This document shows positions 18,911-27,907 of a stretch of 64,000 bases of DNA, piece after piece. Below the pieces are notes generated by a model. The model did no database searches. It had not been told where the DNA came from and was given only the letters and a program-made list of their open reading frames with translations. How positions within the stretch are numbered: position 1 is the stretch's first letter; every line of letters starts with the position of its first letter. The translations under genes and the position numbers were made by a program. Origin of the DNA: Candidatus Micrarchaeia archaeon (GTDB taxonomy: Archaea; Micrarchaeota; Micrarchaeia; Anstonellales; Bilamarchaeaceae); NCBI GenBank assembly GCA_046331685.1, contig JAXLQI010000007.1, positions 1,862 to 65,861 on the forward strand, given 5' to 3'.

Positions 18911-18942
18911 TATTTTATTATCCTTGCCCCATATAGCTCCCC

Positions 18943-21339
18943 ATGGCGGGGATCAGGAGACGGGCGTATTTCATAGACGCGGGATACGCCGTCAAGAACG
19001 GCAAGACATACGTTACCCTGATCCTCAAGGGCAAGAGGACGGTGAAGCTCTACTACCAGTACGATCCTTATTTCATAGTCGACGCCCCTGCCGAGCGCAT
19101 GGAAGAGCTGCTCGCGGTCAAAGGCTTCAAGAAAAGCGGCGAGTCCGTGAAGCCGCTGCGGGCAGAGATGACTGAAAGGACCGTGGGCCTGCGGAAGAAA
19201 AAGATGGTGAAGCTCTACTGCAGCGAGCCGTCCCATGTGCCTGCGATCCGGACAGCGGTGCCTTATCCTTCTTATGAAGCTAACATCCCTTTCGCGAGGA
19301 GGTTCATCTTCGACATGCAGCTCTCGCCCCAGTACATAGTCAGCTATGAGCGCGAGGGGAGGCTCATAACGCGGATCCTCTCGATAAAGCACGGAGAGCC
19401 GAAGCTCACCGCGATGAGCTTCGACATAGAGACCTACAACCCCGTGGGCGCGCCACGTGAGGACAAGGACCCGGTGGTGATGGTGAGCTATGCCGGGGCG
19501 AGCAAGGGCGTGATCACCTTCAAGCGTTCATCGCACGGATATGTCGAGACTAAGGAAGGGGAGAAGGAGGTGCTCCAGCGCTTCTCCGAGGTGGTCAAGG
19601 CCGAGGACCCGGATGTCCTTGTGGGCTACAATTCGGCCCAGTTCGATCTGCCATACCTGAAGGCCCGGAACGATAGGCTGCACGCATCTCTGAGGCTCGG
19701 AAGGTACGGGAGCTCGATCGTCCCGATGAAGAAAGGGATGATAAACGGGATGAGGCTAGCCGGCCGGGTGCATATGGACCTCTACCCGATAGTCAAGTTC
19801 TTCGGATTCATAGGCATCATCAAGACCCAGAAGTTCACCCTCGATGCCGTGGCCCAGGACGTCCTTGGCAGCAAGAAGGTGAAGATGGAGAAGGAGGATA
19901 TCTGGCAGATCTGGGACAAGGGAGAGATAGACCGACTCTGCGAGTATTCGCTGGTGGACGCCGAGCTCACGCTCGCCCTCGCCGAACGATTCCTCCCGAT
20001 CGAGATGGAGATGTCGAGCGTCTCGAAGATGCCCCTTTTCGAGACGACCCTTTCGACAAGCGGCCAGCTGGTCGAGAACCTTCTCATGTACCATGCAAGC
20101 GACTGGGGCTATCTCATCCCATCAAAGCCTGCGGGGGATGCGGTGAACGAGCGCGAGAACGCCCCGATACAGGGGGCGTTCGTGAAGCTCCCCGAGCCGG
20201 GGATCTACGAGAATGTCGCGGTCCTTGATTTCCGCGGCCTGTACCCCTCGATCATAGTCTCATACAACATCGACCCCGCCACTCTCATCGACGAGCATGA
20301 CGATGAGGCGAAGGCCGCGGCAGGCGAATGCCACGTATCGCCGACCGGAGCGAGATTCAGCAGGAAGGAGAACGGCCTGATACCCTTCGTGCTCGATTAC
20401 CTCATAGACATGAGGATGAAGATAAAGAAAGAGATCAAGCCGCTGGACAAATCAAGCGACGCATACGTCCGCTTGAGCGCGCGCTCGCACGCGCTGAAGA
20501 TCCTCGCGAACAGCTTCTACGGATATATGGGCTATGCGCGCTCCAGGTGGTATTCTCGGCCCTGCGCCGAGAGCGTCACGGCATGGGGGCGCAAGCATAT
20601 CAGCGAGACGATCGAGGCCGCCGAGAAAAGCGGCTTCCAGGTCCTATATGCCGACACCGACTCCGTCTTCGTCATCTACAAGGACAAAGGGGATGTGATA
20701 AGCTTCATGAACAGGATAAACGCCGATCTCCCGCCAAAGATGGAGCTCGAGCTGGAGGGGTTCTACCCTCGAGGCGTGTTCGTGAGCAAGAAGGGGGGCG
20801 AAGAGCGAGGCGCGAAGAAGAAATATGCCCTCCTCGGCGAGGACGGCCGCATCAAGATCCGCGGATTCGAGCTTGTGCGCAGGGACTGGTCATCCATAGC
20901 GAAGGATACCCAGCTCCGGGTACTCGAGGCGATACTCAAGGACGGCAGCAAGGAGAAGGCGGTGAGGATAATCCGCGAAGTCGTGGAGCAGCTCCAGCAG
21001 GGCAAAGTCCCCCTGGAGAGGCTCGCGATCAGCACCCAGCTTAACAAGGATCCCAAGCATTACGATATCGTGAGCCCTGAGCTAGAGGCGGCCAAGAAGA
21101 TGCTGAAGGCAGGGCTCGCCGCGGAGAGAGGGACGGTGATATCCTACGTGGTGGGCAAACGGGGCGGGAGCATATCCGAGAAAGCCGAACCCCTCGAGCT
21201 CGCCAAGGACTACGACCCGGATTACTATATCAACAACCAGGTCCTCCCGGCGGTGATGAAGATAATGAAGGAGCTTGGATACGACGAATACAGCATGAAG
21301 TTCGGGGGGAAGCAGAAGAGCCTGGACTCTTTCTTCTAG
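18943..21339 (+). CDS. polB: Family B DNA polymerase
   Basis: Exo I FDIETY. Pol motif A LDFRGLYPSIIVSYNI. Motif B KILANSFYGYMGY. Motif C LYADTDSVFV. 798 aa. Confidence 0.9.
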   Translation: MAGIRRRAYFIDAGYAVKNGKTYVTLILKGKRTVKLYYQYDPYFIVDAPAERMEELLAVKGFKKSGESVKPLRAEMTERTVGLRKKKMVKLYCSEPSHVPAIRTAVPYPSYEANIPFARRFIFDMQLSPQYIVSYEREGRLITRILSIKHGEPKLTAMSFDIETYNPVGAPREDKDPVVMVSYAGASKGVITFKRSSHGYVETKEGEKEVLQRFSEVVKAEDPDVLVGYNSAQFDLPYLKARNDRLHASLRLGRYGSSIVPMKKGMINGMRLAGRVHMDLYPIVKFFGFIGIIKTQKFTLDAVAQDVLGSKKVKMEKEDIWQIWDKGEIDRLCEYSLVDAELTLALAERFLPIEMEMSSVSKMPLFETTLSTSGQLVENLLMYHASDWGYLIPSKPAGDAVNERENAPIQGAFVKLPEPGIYENVAVLDFRGLYPSIIVSYNIDPATLIDEHDDEAKAAAGECHVSPTGARFSRKENGLIPFVLDYLIDMRMKIKKEIKPLDKSSDAYVRLSARSHALKILANSFYGYMGYARSRWYSRPCAESVTAWGRKHISETIEAAEKSGFQVLYADTDSVFVIYKDKGDVISFMNRINADLPPKMELELEGFYPRGVFVSKKGGEERGAKKKYALLGEDGRIKIRGFELVRRDWSSIAKDTQLRVLEAILKDGSKEKAVRIIREVVEQLQQGKVPLERLAISTQLNKDPKHYDIVSPELEAAKKMLKAGLAAERGTVISYVVGKRGGSISEKAEPLELAKDYDPDYYINNQVLPAVMKIMKELGYDEYSMKFGGKQKSLDSFF

Positions 21340-21385
21340 CCGGAGAGCCTCATCAAAAAGTCGATATTAAAAATGATGAGCGAGA

Positions 21386-21754
21386 ATGTCCTGCATGGGC
21401 AGCAGCCAGCAGGGAATGCGGAAGAAGGAGGACATAGCCGAGATGATCAACCAGATCCTCGAACAGGCGACGAAGACACGCGGAGGCTTCACTCCGGAAG
21501 TCGTCAACCAGTTCTATGATGAAGGCCAGCGCGCTAGGGATGAGCGCCAGAGGCAGCAGGTCCGGGAAGCGACTCCGGTCCGGCAGCCGGCCCAGGTGGT
21601 GGCAAGGAGAAGGGAGGAGAGCGAAAGGCGCAGCGAGATCAGCCCCCAGATGAGGAGGCAGGGCATCGAGGCCGCCGTGGATCTCGGCGAGCGGCTGGAG
21701 CTAGCCGCAGCCGGGAGGAAGCTGAACCTCCGGGACTGGGTAACATCGGGCTGA
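21386..21754 (+). CDS. Hypothetical protein (Q/R/E-rich)
   Basis: ORF only; downstream of polB. Confidence 0.3.
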   Translation: MSCMGSSQQGMRKKEDIAEMINQILEQATKTRGGFTPEVVNQFYDEGQRARDERQRQQVREATPVRQPAQVVARRREESERRSEISPQMRRQGIEAAVDLGERLELAAAGRKLNLRDWVTSG

Positions 21755-21759
21755 TAGCA

Positions 21760-22107
21760 ATGGTCTCCCTAGATTTCCTGGACGAATCGAACAAATCGCG
21801 GATACTCGGCGTCTGGAAAAGCATGTCCGAATCCGACAAGGCACACTTCATCAACCAGGTCGCCCTCGCCCTCAGCGTATGGGGCAGCGACGAACGCGGG
21901 AAGAGGATGGTCGTGGAGGTCCTCCGCATGATGACGACCAACGGGACAAACACTCTCGCCGACTTCGGCCTCTATGTCGAGAGGATAACCGCGCTCAAGG
22001 AAGCGAACGGGCTCGACGACAAGATCCGCAGGGCTTCCATCATCATCGAGGGCTACCGGATCAAGAACGCCCTTTCCTCAGAGCCCCACCGGGAGATGGA
22101 CTTCTGA
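21760..22107 (+). CDS. Hypothetical protein
   Basis: ORF only. Its stop is 2 nt before the Pus10 start. Confidence 0.3.
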   Translation: MVSLDFLDESNKSRILGVWKSMSESDKAHFINQVALALSVWGSDERGKRMVVEVLRMMTTNGTNTLADFGLYVERITALKEANGLDDKIRRASIIIEGYRIKNALSSEPHREMDF

Positions 22108-22109
22108 TC

Positions 22110-23216
22110 ATGTTCCTCTGCAAAACTTGCAATGCCGCGAACGGGAACGCTTTCCCCGCAGGGAAGTGCTATATCTGCGATGACATGGCCCTGAAGGCCC
22201 CGGAGATGGCCGCGAGGGCCGCGGAGCTCGTCGGAGACTCCCCCTCGTTCTCGATCTCCACGATGATCCCTAAAGACTGGCTCGCCAGGGAAGAGAAGGC
22301 ATGGGACATCAGGCTCGGGGGCGCCGAGAGCATCAAGAGCCACATCAACCGGGCGTTGATATCCGCCCTCCGGAAAGGGGGACGGGTGTATGACGGGGAC
22401 GGCGAATGCCGCATCATATTCGATTTCTCGAGCGGAAAGGTGGAAAGGAGCATGAACGAGATATTCGTCTTCGGCCGCTACCGCAAGCTGGCGGCAGGCC
22501 TTTCGCAGAGCCGCTGGCGATGCTCAGCCTGCGATGGGAAAGGATGCGCTGAATGCGGGGGCAAGGGGAAATTCTACGAATCCGTGGAAGAACGGATCGG
22601 GGAACCGTTCAAGCAGGCGGCTGGGGCTGCGGATTATGTCATGCACGCCTCAGGAAGGGAGGATGTCGATGCGACGAACAGCGCCGGGAGGGCTTTCGTC
22701 CTCGAGATAAAAAGCCCGGCGACGCACAGGATCGAACTGGAGGCGGTGGCATCGCAGATCGGGAAGGGCGGGGAAGTCTCGGTCTCTGACCTGCGCATCG
22801 TGAGGAGGGGGTTCGCCGAGGTCGTCACGGAATCGCACTTCGACAAGACATATGAGGCCCTGACCGAGTTCGAGCGCCCTCTCGATGAAAGCGCACTGGG
22901 GAAGATCCGTGCCATCGAGGGAAGGACCATCCTCCAGCAGACCCCAAATCGCGTCTCCCACCGGAGGGCCGACCTGGTCCGGCACAGGAAGGTCAAGCAT
23001 ATAGAGGTCGTGAATGCAGCGGCCAACCGGGCGACGATCATCGTCAAGGCCGAGGCAGGCACTTACATAAAGGAGCTCATATCCGGGGACATGGGAAGGA
23101 CGAACCCGAGCGTGGCAGGAGAGCTGGGGATGAAGGCCGAATGCAAGAAGCTGGAAGTGACGATGATAGATGACGGATACCTTGACTTCTGCCTCGAATC
23201 GATAAGCCGGACCTAG
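22110..23216 (+). CDS. pus10: tRNA pseudouridine(54/55) synthase Pus10
   Basis: The ATG is at 22110; the ORF-track N-terminal extension overlaps the previous gene. N-terminal Zn ribbon CKTC...CYIC. Second cluster CSACDGKGCAECGG. GREDVD catalytic-Asp region. RADLVRHRKV in the C-terminal domain. Confidence 0.6.
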   Translation: MFLCKTCNAANGNAFPAGKCYICDDMALKAPEMAARAAELVGDSPSFSISTMIPKDWLAREEKAWDIRLGGAESIKSHINRALISALRKGGRVYDGDGECRIIFDFSSGKVERSMNEIFVFGRYRKLAAGLSQSRWRCSACDGKGCAECGGKGKFYESVEERIGEPFKQAAGAADYVMHASGREDVDATNSAGRAFVLEIKSPATHRIELEAVASQIGKGGEVSVSDLRIVRRGFAEVVTESHFDKTYEALTEFERPLDESALGKIRAIEGRTILQQTPNRVSHRRADLVRHRKVKHIEVVNAAANRATIIVKAEAGTYIKELISGDMGRTNPSVAGELGMKAECKKLEVTMIDDGYLDFCLESISRT

Positions 23217-23884
23217 AAACGGACTCCGTACTTGTTCATGTACGAGCGGTAATTCTCGTAGGTCTTGTCGCTGACATAAACCTTCCCTTCGATGGTGCGG
23301 CCGCGAAGATGGCTGAACACGTCGTTAATGGTCGTGATGGCATGGACCGGAACGCCGGTCTCATCCCTGAACTCGTCGATGGCAGAGGATTTCTTGCCGA
23401 CCTCCATCCGGTCGACCGCTATGACGATCCCGACGACATGGGCCTTCAGGGACCTCTCGAGCTTCCCTATCGCCTCCACCTTGGTCCCGCCGGTGGTGAG
23501 GACGTCGTCGACGAGTATGACCCTCTGGTCATGGTCAATGTTCTGGCTGCCCACGAAGACGCTGTTGGAGTCCGCCCCGTGGATCTTCATCTCCTTGCGG
23601 TCGAAGAGCCATTTCCTGTTTATCCCCATCGAATTCAGGGCGAGGGTGGTGCTGACCGCCATCGGTATCGCCTTGTAAGCCGGACCGAACACAACGTCGA
23701 AGCCTTCCCCGAAGACCTCGCGTATCTTGGATGCGTATGCCGAACCAAGCGCGGCGGTCGCGCTACCGCTCGTGAGCACCCCCAGGTCGATGAAATAAGG
23801 GGAGACCCGCCCGCTCTTCAGGGTGAATTCCCCGAATCTGATGGCGTTGTTCCTGGCCAGGAATTCTATGAATGACGTGTTCAT
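23213..23884 (-). CDS. pyrE: Orotate phosphoribosyltransferase
   Basis: FGEFTLKSGRVSPYFIDL at the N-terminus. PRPP-binding VILVDDVLTTGGT. Confidence 0.75.
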   Translation of the reverse strand: MNTSFIEFLARNNAIRFGEFTLKSGRVSPYFIDLGVLTSGSATAALGSAYASKIREVFGEGFDVVFGPAYKAIPMAVSTTLALNSMGINRKWLFDRKEMKIHGADSNSVFVGSQNIDHDQRVILVDDVLTTGGTKVEAIGKLERSLKAHVVGIVIAVDRMEVGKKSSAIDEFRDETGVPVHAITTINDVFSHLRGRTIEGKVYVSDKTYENYRSYMNKYGVRF

Positions 23885-23965
23885 TTTCCCACATGGAGGA
23901 AATGGATGACAACCTATTTATGCGTGAGCGGTATCCCTTTAAGAGCGAGCCCCCAAGAGTGGAGC

Positions 23966-24820
23966 ATGGGCAAAAAGCTCGGAGCCGCGCTTCTGTCTAT
24001 CGGCGTGAACGTCGCCCTCCTCCTCAGCAAGATAGCTGCAGCGGTCCTCACAGGCAGCATAGGCCTGTATGCGGAATCAGCCCATTCCCTATTCGACCTG
24101 CTCGCCTCCATCCTCGCATATATCGGGATCAGGAAGGCGGAGGAACCCGAGGACCAGACGCACCATTTCGGCCATGAGAAATTCGAGAACCTCTCCTCCC
24201 TCCTCCAGGCGCTGCTCATAACCGGCACCGCATTCATAGTCATGTTCGAGGCGTACCAGAAGCTGCAGGGGCCGATAGAGATCGAAAGCTCCGAGACAGG
24301 CATCGCGCTCATGCTGATCTCCATACCGATCACATACCTGACTTCCCGCTATCTCGCCGACACGGCGGCGAAGGAGGGCGGGAGCCATGCCCTCGAGGCG
24401 GATTCGGCTCATTTCCTCACCGATGTCGCTGGCTCGATAGCGGTGCTCTGCGGCCTCGTCCTCTTCAGGCTGGGTGTGCCTGCCGGCGACCCAATAGCCG
24501 CTTTCGCGGTCGGCCTGATCATGCTTTACATCTCGATCGAGCTCGGGATAAAATCGTTCATCATCTTCATGGACTTCAGCCCCGACCGGAAGACGCTCGA
24601 GAGCATCGAAGCGGTGCTCCGCACCGAAAAGAGGATAACAAGGTACCACAAGCTCCGGGCGCGGATAGCAGGTAGCAGGGTCTTCGTGGATGTCCATATC
24701 CATTTCCCGCACCAGACCAACATCGTTGTGGCGCATAAGATAGCCCATGATATAGAGAAGAGGATTATAGAGAGGGTCCCTGCGGTCAAGGAGGTTAGCA
24801 TCCACACGGAGCCTGACTGA
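23966..24820 (+). CDS. Cation diffusion facilitator (CDF) family metal efflux transporter
   Basis: Six TM helices; ESAHSLFDLLAS and HFLTDVAGS metal-site motifs; C-terminal cytoplasmic domain. Confidence 0.8.
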   Translation: MGKKLGAALLSIGVNVALLLSKIAAAVLTGSIGLYAESAHSLFDLLASILAYIGIRKAEEPEDQTHHFGHEKFENLSSLLQALLITGTAFIVMFEAYQKLQGPIEIESSETGIALMLISIPITYLTSRYLADTAAKEGGSHALEADSAHFLTDVAGSIAVLCGLVLFRLGVPAGDPIAAFAVGLIMLYISIELGIKSFIIFMDFSPDRKTLESIEAVLRTEKRITRYHKLRARIAGSRVFVDVHIHFPHQTNIVVAHKIAHDIEKRIIERVPAVKEVSIHTEPD

Positions 24821-24823
24821 ACG

Positions 24824-25705
24824 TCACTGGCCCGGGCCGCCCTGGGGCCGGTTCCCGTGCCACTGGCCGAAAACAGACGTTACGTTCGCCGCGTACATTA
24901 GTATGGAATCCCACATGGCCTGACCGATCCCTGAAGGGCGCGAGTGAGGGAGGCCTCCCATGCGCAGAACTGTATGCATAAGGCGGAGCGGGTCATCCTC
25001 CCTGAGGAGAGCATTGAAAGAGCCTGGGCCGAATCTGCCGTCTATGGCCCGGGCGAGCTGGGCATAATCCCCGCTGCCGAACGCCCTCTCGAGCACGCCT
25101 TCCCCGACCGAATTCGCGATGAGGGAGAGTGCCGAGACGATGAGGGGGTATGTGAGCGAATGCGCCCCGCCCGCCGCGCGGTAACAGACATAGTCCGAAA
25201 GCCCCTCCTCGAGCCATTGAGCAAAGAAGGGCTTCTGAACGCCGGCAGAATCCGGCAGGGTAGCATGGACGCTCCCCCCCTGCCGTGCGATGAAGGAGAC
25301 ATAGTGCGCAAGCTCATGGCGGACCACGCTGTCGAACCTTTCCCCGAGGCTCGCACGCACGAAAACAGTATTGGAGCCCCGCTGGTAGAACCCCGCCGCC
25401 GATGCGTCTCCGCCCAGCGCACCAGCCATCTGGTCGAATACGGCATCAGGGACAGAGACGGCCAAGGGAGGCGACCGTGAGACCATGGATGAGACGGATG
25501 GACCAAGGAATGCCCCGAGCTCACGCGTGAATCCCGAGATGTCGAGGATCCGGAGAGCTCCAGGATCAGCGATACCGAACTTATTCCTGATGTAAGCCGC
25601 GGCCTGTTCGGGAGATGTCATATAGCTCTGCAGGAAGGGGGGCGGCAGATAGGGGCTCGCGAGGCGTCTAGCTCCGGTCCTCTCGTCAGCCATCCTTTCA
25701 GCCAT
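24824..25705 (-). CDS. Hypothetical protein with HExxH zinc-metallopeptidase-like motif
   Basis: VRHELAHYV. No signal peptide evident. Confidence 0.4.
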   Translation of the reverse strand: MAERMADERTGARRLASPYLPPPFLQSYMTSPEQAAAYIRNKFGIADPGALRILDISGFTRELGAFLGPSVSSMVSRSPPLAVSVPDAVFDQMAGALGGDASAAGFYQRGSNTVFVRASLGERFDSVVRHELAHYVSFIARQGGSVHATLPDSAGVQKPFFAQWLEEGLSDYVCYRAAGGAHSLTYPLIVSALSLIANSVGEGVLERAFGSGDYAQLARAIDGRFGPGSFNALLREDDPLRLMHTVLRMGGLPHSRPSGIGQAMWDSILMYAANVTSVFGQWHGNRPQGGPGQ

Positions 25706-25716
25706 AGTATCAGCCT

Positions 25717-25989
25717 TCAGTCGATGATGATCTGGGAGCCTGTCCGCTTCTGGACCACCATCTCCGCGATCTCCTTGCGGTGTATCTTGAGCATGTCGTA
25801 TATGTGGGGCGACTTCTTCCGGAGCTCGGAGAAATAGGCCTCAGCATCCTCGACCACGCTGCCCAGGCGGAAATCCGAGGACTCGCTTATCCGCCTCTTG
25901 AATTCCCTGACCCTTGCCAACGCGGCGTGGTAATCCTTGCCTTCAACGAGCTGCTTGATAAGGTCGATCGTGTCCGCCATCCCGCTCAA
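25717..25989 (-). CDS. Hypothetical small protein
   Basis: 90 aa. ATGA overlap with the GGGPS gene. Confidence 0.3.
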   Translation of the reverse strand: MSGMADTIDLIKQLVEGKDYHAALARVREFKRRISESSDFRLGSVVEDAEAYFSELRKKSPHIYDMLKIHRKEIAEMVVQKRTGSQIIID

Positions 25990-26762
25990 CCCCGCGACCG
26001 CGCGCCTTCGCGCACCGCCTTCACCATGTCCTTTATCTTCGAGACGGAGTTCTCCTTCTCGAATGCAGTCCCGACCTGGATTATGTCGGCCCCGGCCTTG
26101 ATCACGGCCTTAGCCTGATCGGAGGTCCTGATCCCTCCTGCAGCGATGTACGGGATATGGATCGACGACTTGACGGCTCTGACCATCTCGAGGGGGATGT
26201 GCCCTTCCTCGGGATTGCTCCCGGCATCGGTGATGAAGAAGCGGAATCCCATGCATTCGGCGGCCATGGCGAACGCCGCCGCTATCTTGGGCTTGTTGCG
26301 CGGGATGCGCTTGGCATCGCCCACCCAGCCGACCGTCCCCCCTGGATCCACCACCACGTATGCCGTGGGGAGAGGCTCGATCTGGAAGTGCCTCACCATC
26401 GGCGCGGCGAGCATCTGGGCCTCGCTTATCCAGTAAGTGTTGCGGGAGTTCAGCATGGACATGAAATAGACCGCATCCGCGTATTTCGTGAGGGTCCCGA
26501 TATTCCCCGGGAAAAGGACCACCGGGTTCGATACTGACTGCTTGATCGCCTTTGCCACGCCGTCTAGGACTTCCCCCTGGACCCCTGTGCTGCCTCCGAT
26601 GAGTATGACATCCGCGCCCCCTTCGTCCGCGTTCTTCGCTGTCCGGACCGCATCGTCGAGCGATTTGTAGTCCAGCGGATCGATGAGGGCGAAAAGAAGG
26701 CCTTTCTTGGCCGCGAGCTCCTCGTGTATGTACCTCTCCACTTTTCCTATCATTATTTTCAC
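25986..26762 (-). CDS. Geranylgeranylglyceryl phosphate synthase (PcrB family)
   Basis: 258 aa. GGSTGV...DAGS...GGIRTSDQAKAVIKAGADIIQVGTA. Confidence 0.85.
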   Translation of the reverse strand: MKIMIGKVERYIHEELAAKKGLLFALIDPLDYKSLDDAVRTAKNADEGGADVILIGGSTGVQGEVLDGVAKAIKQSVSNPVVLFPGNIGTLTKYADAVYFMSMLNSRNTYWISEAQMLAAPMVRHFQIEPLPTAYVVVDPGGTVGWVGDAKRIPRNKPKIAAAFAMAAECMGFRFFITDAGSNPEEGHIPLEMVRAVKSSIHIPYIAAGGIRTSDQAKAVIKAGADIIQVGTAFEKENSVSKIKDMVKAVREGARSRG

Positions 26763-26792
26763 CTCAACGGGGGATCCGGACCCTCGAACCGA

Positions 26793-27857
26793 TCAGATGA
26801 TGTTCCTGAGCATGTGCGCGAACAGCTCAGGACGGAGCATCTTTGTCGGACGGTCCATATGGCCGTGGTTCGACAGATACCCATCGAAATTGAGCTTCTT
26901 AAGCTTTCTGCCGAGAGCGGAAAGCTCTGCGTCGGTCCTTGTCCGCAGGTAGTCGTGGACCATGCCGTGCATCGCCAGATCCGGCCCGAACCGCAGGCGC
27001 CATTCCGCCTCGTAGCGCGCCGGCTCGGCCGCGAATCTCCCCGCGATCGAGGCGCAGTTACCCCCGAAGATCACACCTCCGCCTGTGGTGGACTTCACCT
27101 GGCCTGCCGCGTCCCCGGCAAGGAGGATGTTCGTCCGGCCGGTGCGCATGGCCGTCCGGGGCCGCACCGAGAGAGGGATGATGGCCCCGCGCGGATGATG
27201 CGCCCCATCAACGCCCTTGCGGCGCAGGAGTTTCTTCCATGCCTCGAGCGGCCGGTCCGGCATCAGGACGCCCGCCCCGAATTCGGCCGTGTATTCATCA
27301 TGTGGGATGATCCACCCGAAAAAGCCCGGGAAAACGGAATTCGAGAGGAAGACTTCGACGGCATCCGGATCCTCGGCCCGGTAAGGGACGAGCGACTGTA
27401 GAGTCGAGGCGAAACGGGGGATCCTGGGGAAATTGAACAGGCGTGCCACGGTGGAGAGGGGACCGTCGGCGCCTATGATATTGTCCGAACGGAATGCGCC
27501 GCGCACGCGTTCACCGTAATTGATCACGGCTCCTGCATCGGCCGCGTTCTGGGCCAGAGCGCTGTCCATGGCCGCCCGGTCGCAGACGAAACCGACCGGC
27601 TCGGACCTGCGGATGGTCAGCGACTGGTCCCCCAGATGTATGTCCGCCCCGTGGATAGGCCTGATGACATATCCTCTGTAGTCGATGAAACCGCTGAGCG
27701 ACTCCAGACCGTCGCGGGAGAAAAGGCCCGAGCAATTTTCGGGCAGCCCGCTGACCGGATGGTCTTCGGATATGACGACCTCGTGGCCGGAGCGGAGGGC
27801 GCTCATGGCCGCGATGGAACCGGCCGGACCGCACCCTACGACATGGATTTTAGCCAT
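26793..27857 (-). CDS. Geranylgeranyl reductase family (digeranylgeranylglycerophospholipid reductase-like) flavoprotein
   Basis: Start at internal ATG 27857 (MAKIHVVGCGPAGS, a Rossmann GxGxxG motif). The ORF-track N-terminal extension overlaps the divergent gene. Confidence 0.8.
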   Translation of the reverse strand: MAKIHVVGCGPAGSIAAMSALRSGHEVVISEDHPVSGLPENCSGLFSRDGLESLSGFIDYRGYVIRPIHGADIHLGDQSLTIRRSEPVGFVCDRAAMDSALAQNAADAGAVINYGERVRGAFRSDNIIGADGPLSTVARLFNFPRIPRFASTLQSLVPYRAEDPDAVEVFLSNSVFPGFFGWIIPHDEYTAEFGAGVLMPDRPLEAWKKLLRRKGVDGAHHPRGAIIPLSVRPRTAMRTGRTNILLAGDAAGQVKSTTGGGVIFGGNCASIAGRFAAEPARYEAEWRLRFGPDLAMHGMVHDYLRTRTDAELSALGRKLKKLNFDGYLSNHGHMDRPTKMLRPELFAHMLRNII

Positions 27858-27878
27858 AGCTGGAGTTATTAGGGAACC

Positions 27879-27890
27879 TTTTTTAAAATA
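27879..27890. promoter_or_regulatory. TTTTTTAAAATA element centred in the 50-nt divergent intergenic region between the GGR and amidohydrolase genes
   Basis: This is the only A/T-rich element between the start codons at 27857 (-) and 27908 (+). Its spacing fits leaderless transcripts in both directions. Confidence 0.35.
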
Positions 27891-27907
27891 CGGAACAAGT
27901 GCAAGCC

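Noticed and set aside
18943-21339. polB considered as a viral/plasmid (casposon or provirus) polymerase because of adjacent Xis-like HTH gene and AT-rich islands
   Set aside because: It has a full-length exonuclease+polymerase with canonical cellular motifs and is followed by housekeeping Pus10/pyrE. No integrase, terminal inverted repeats, Cas1 or capsid-like genes are nearby.
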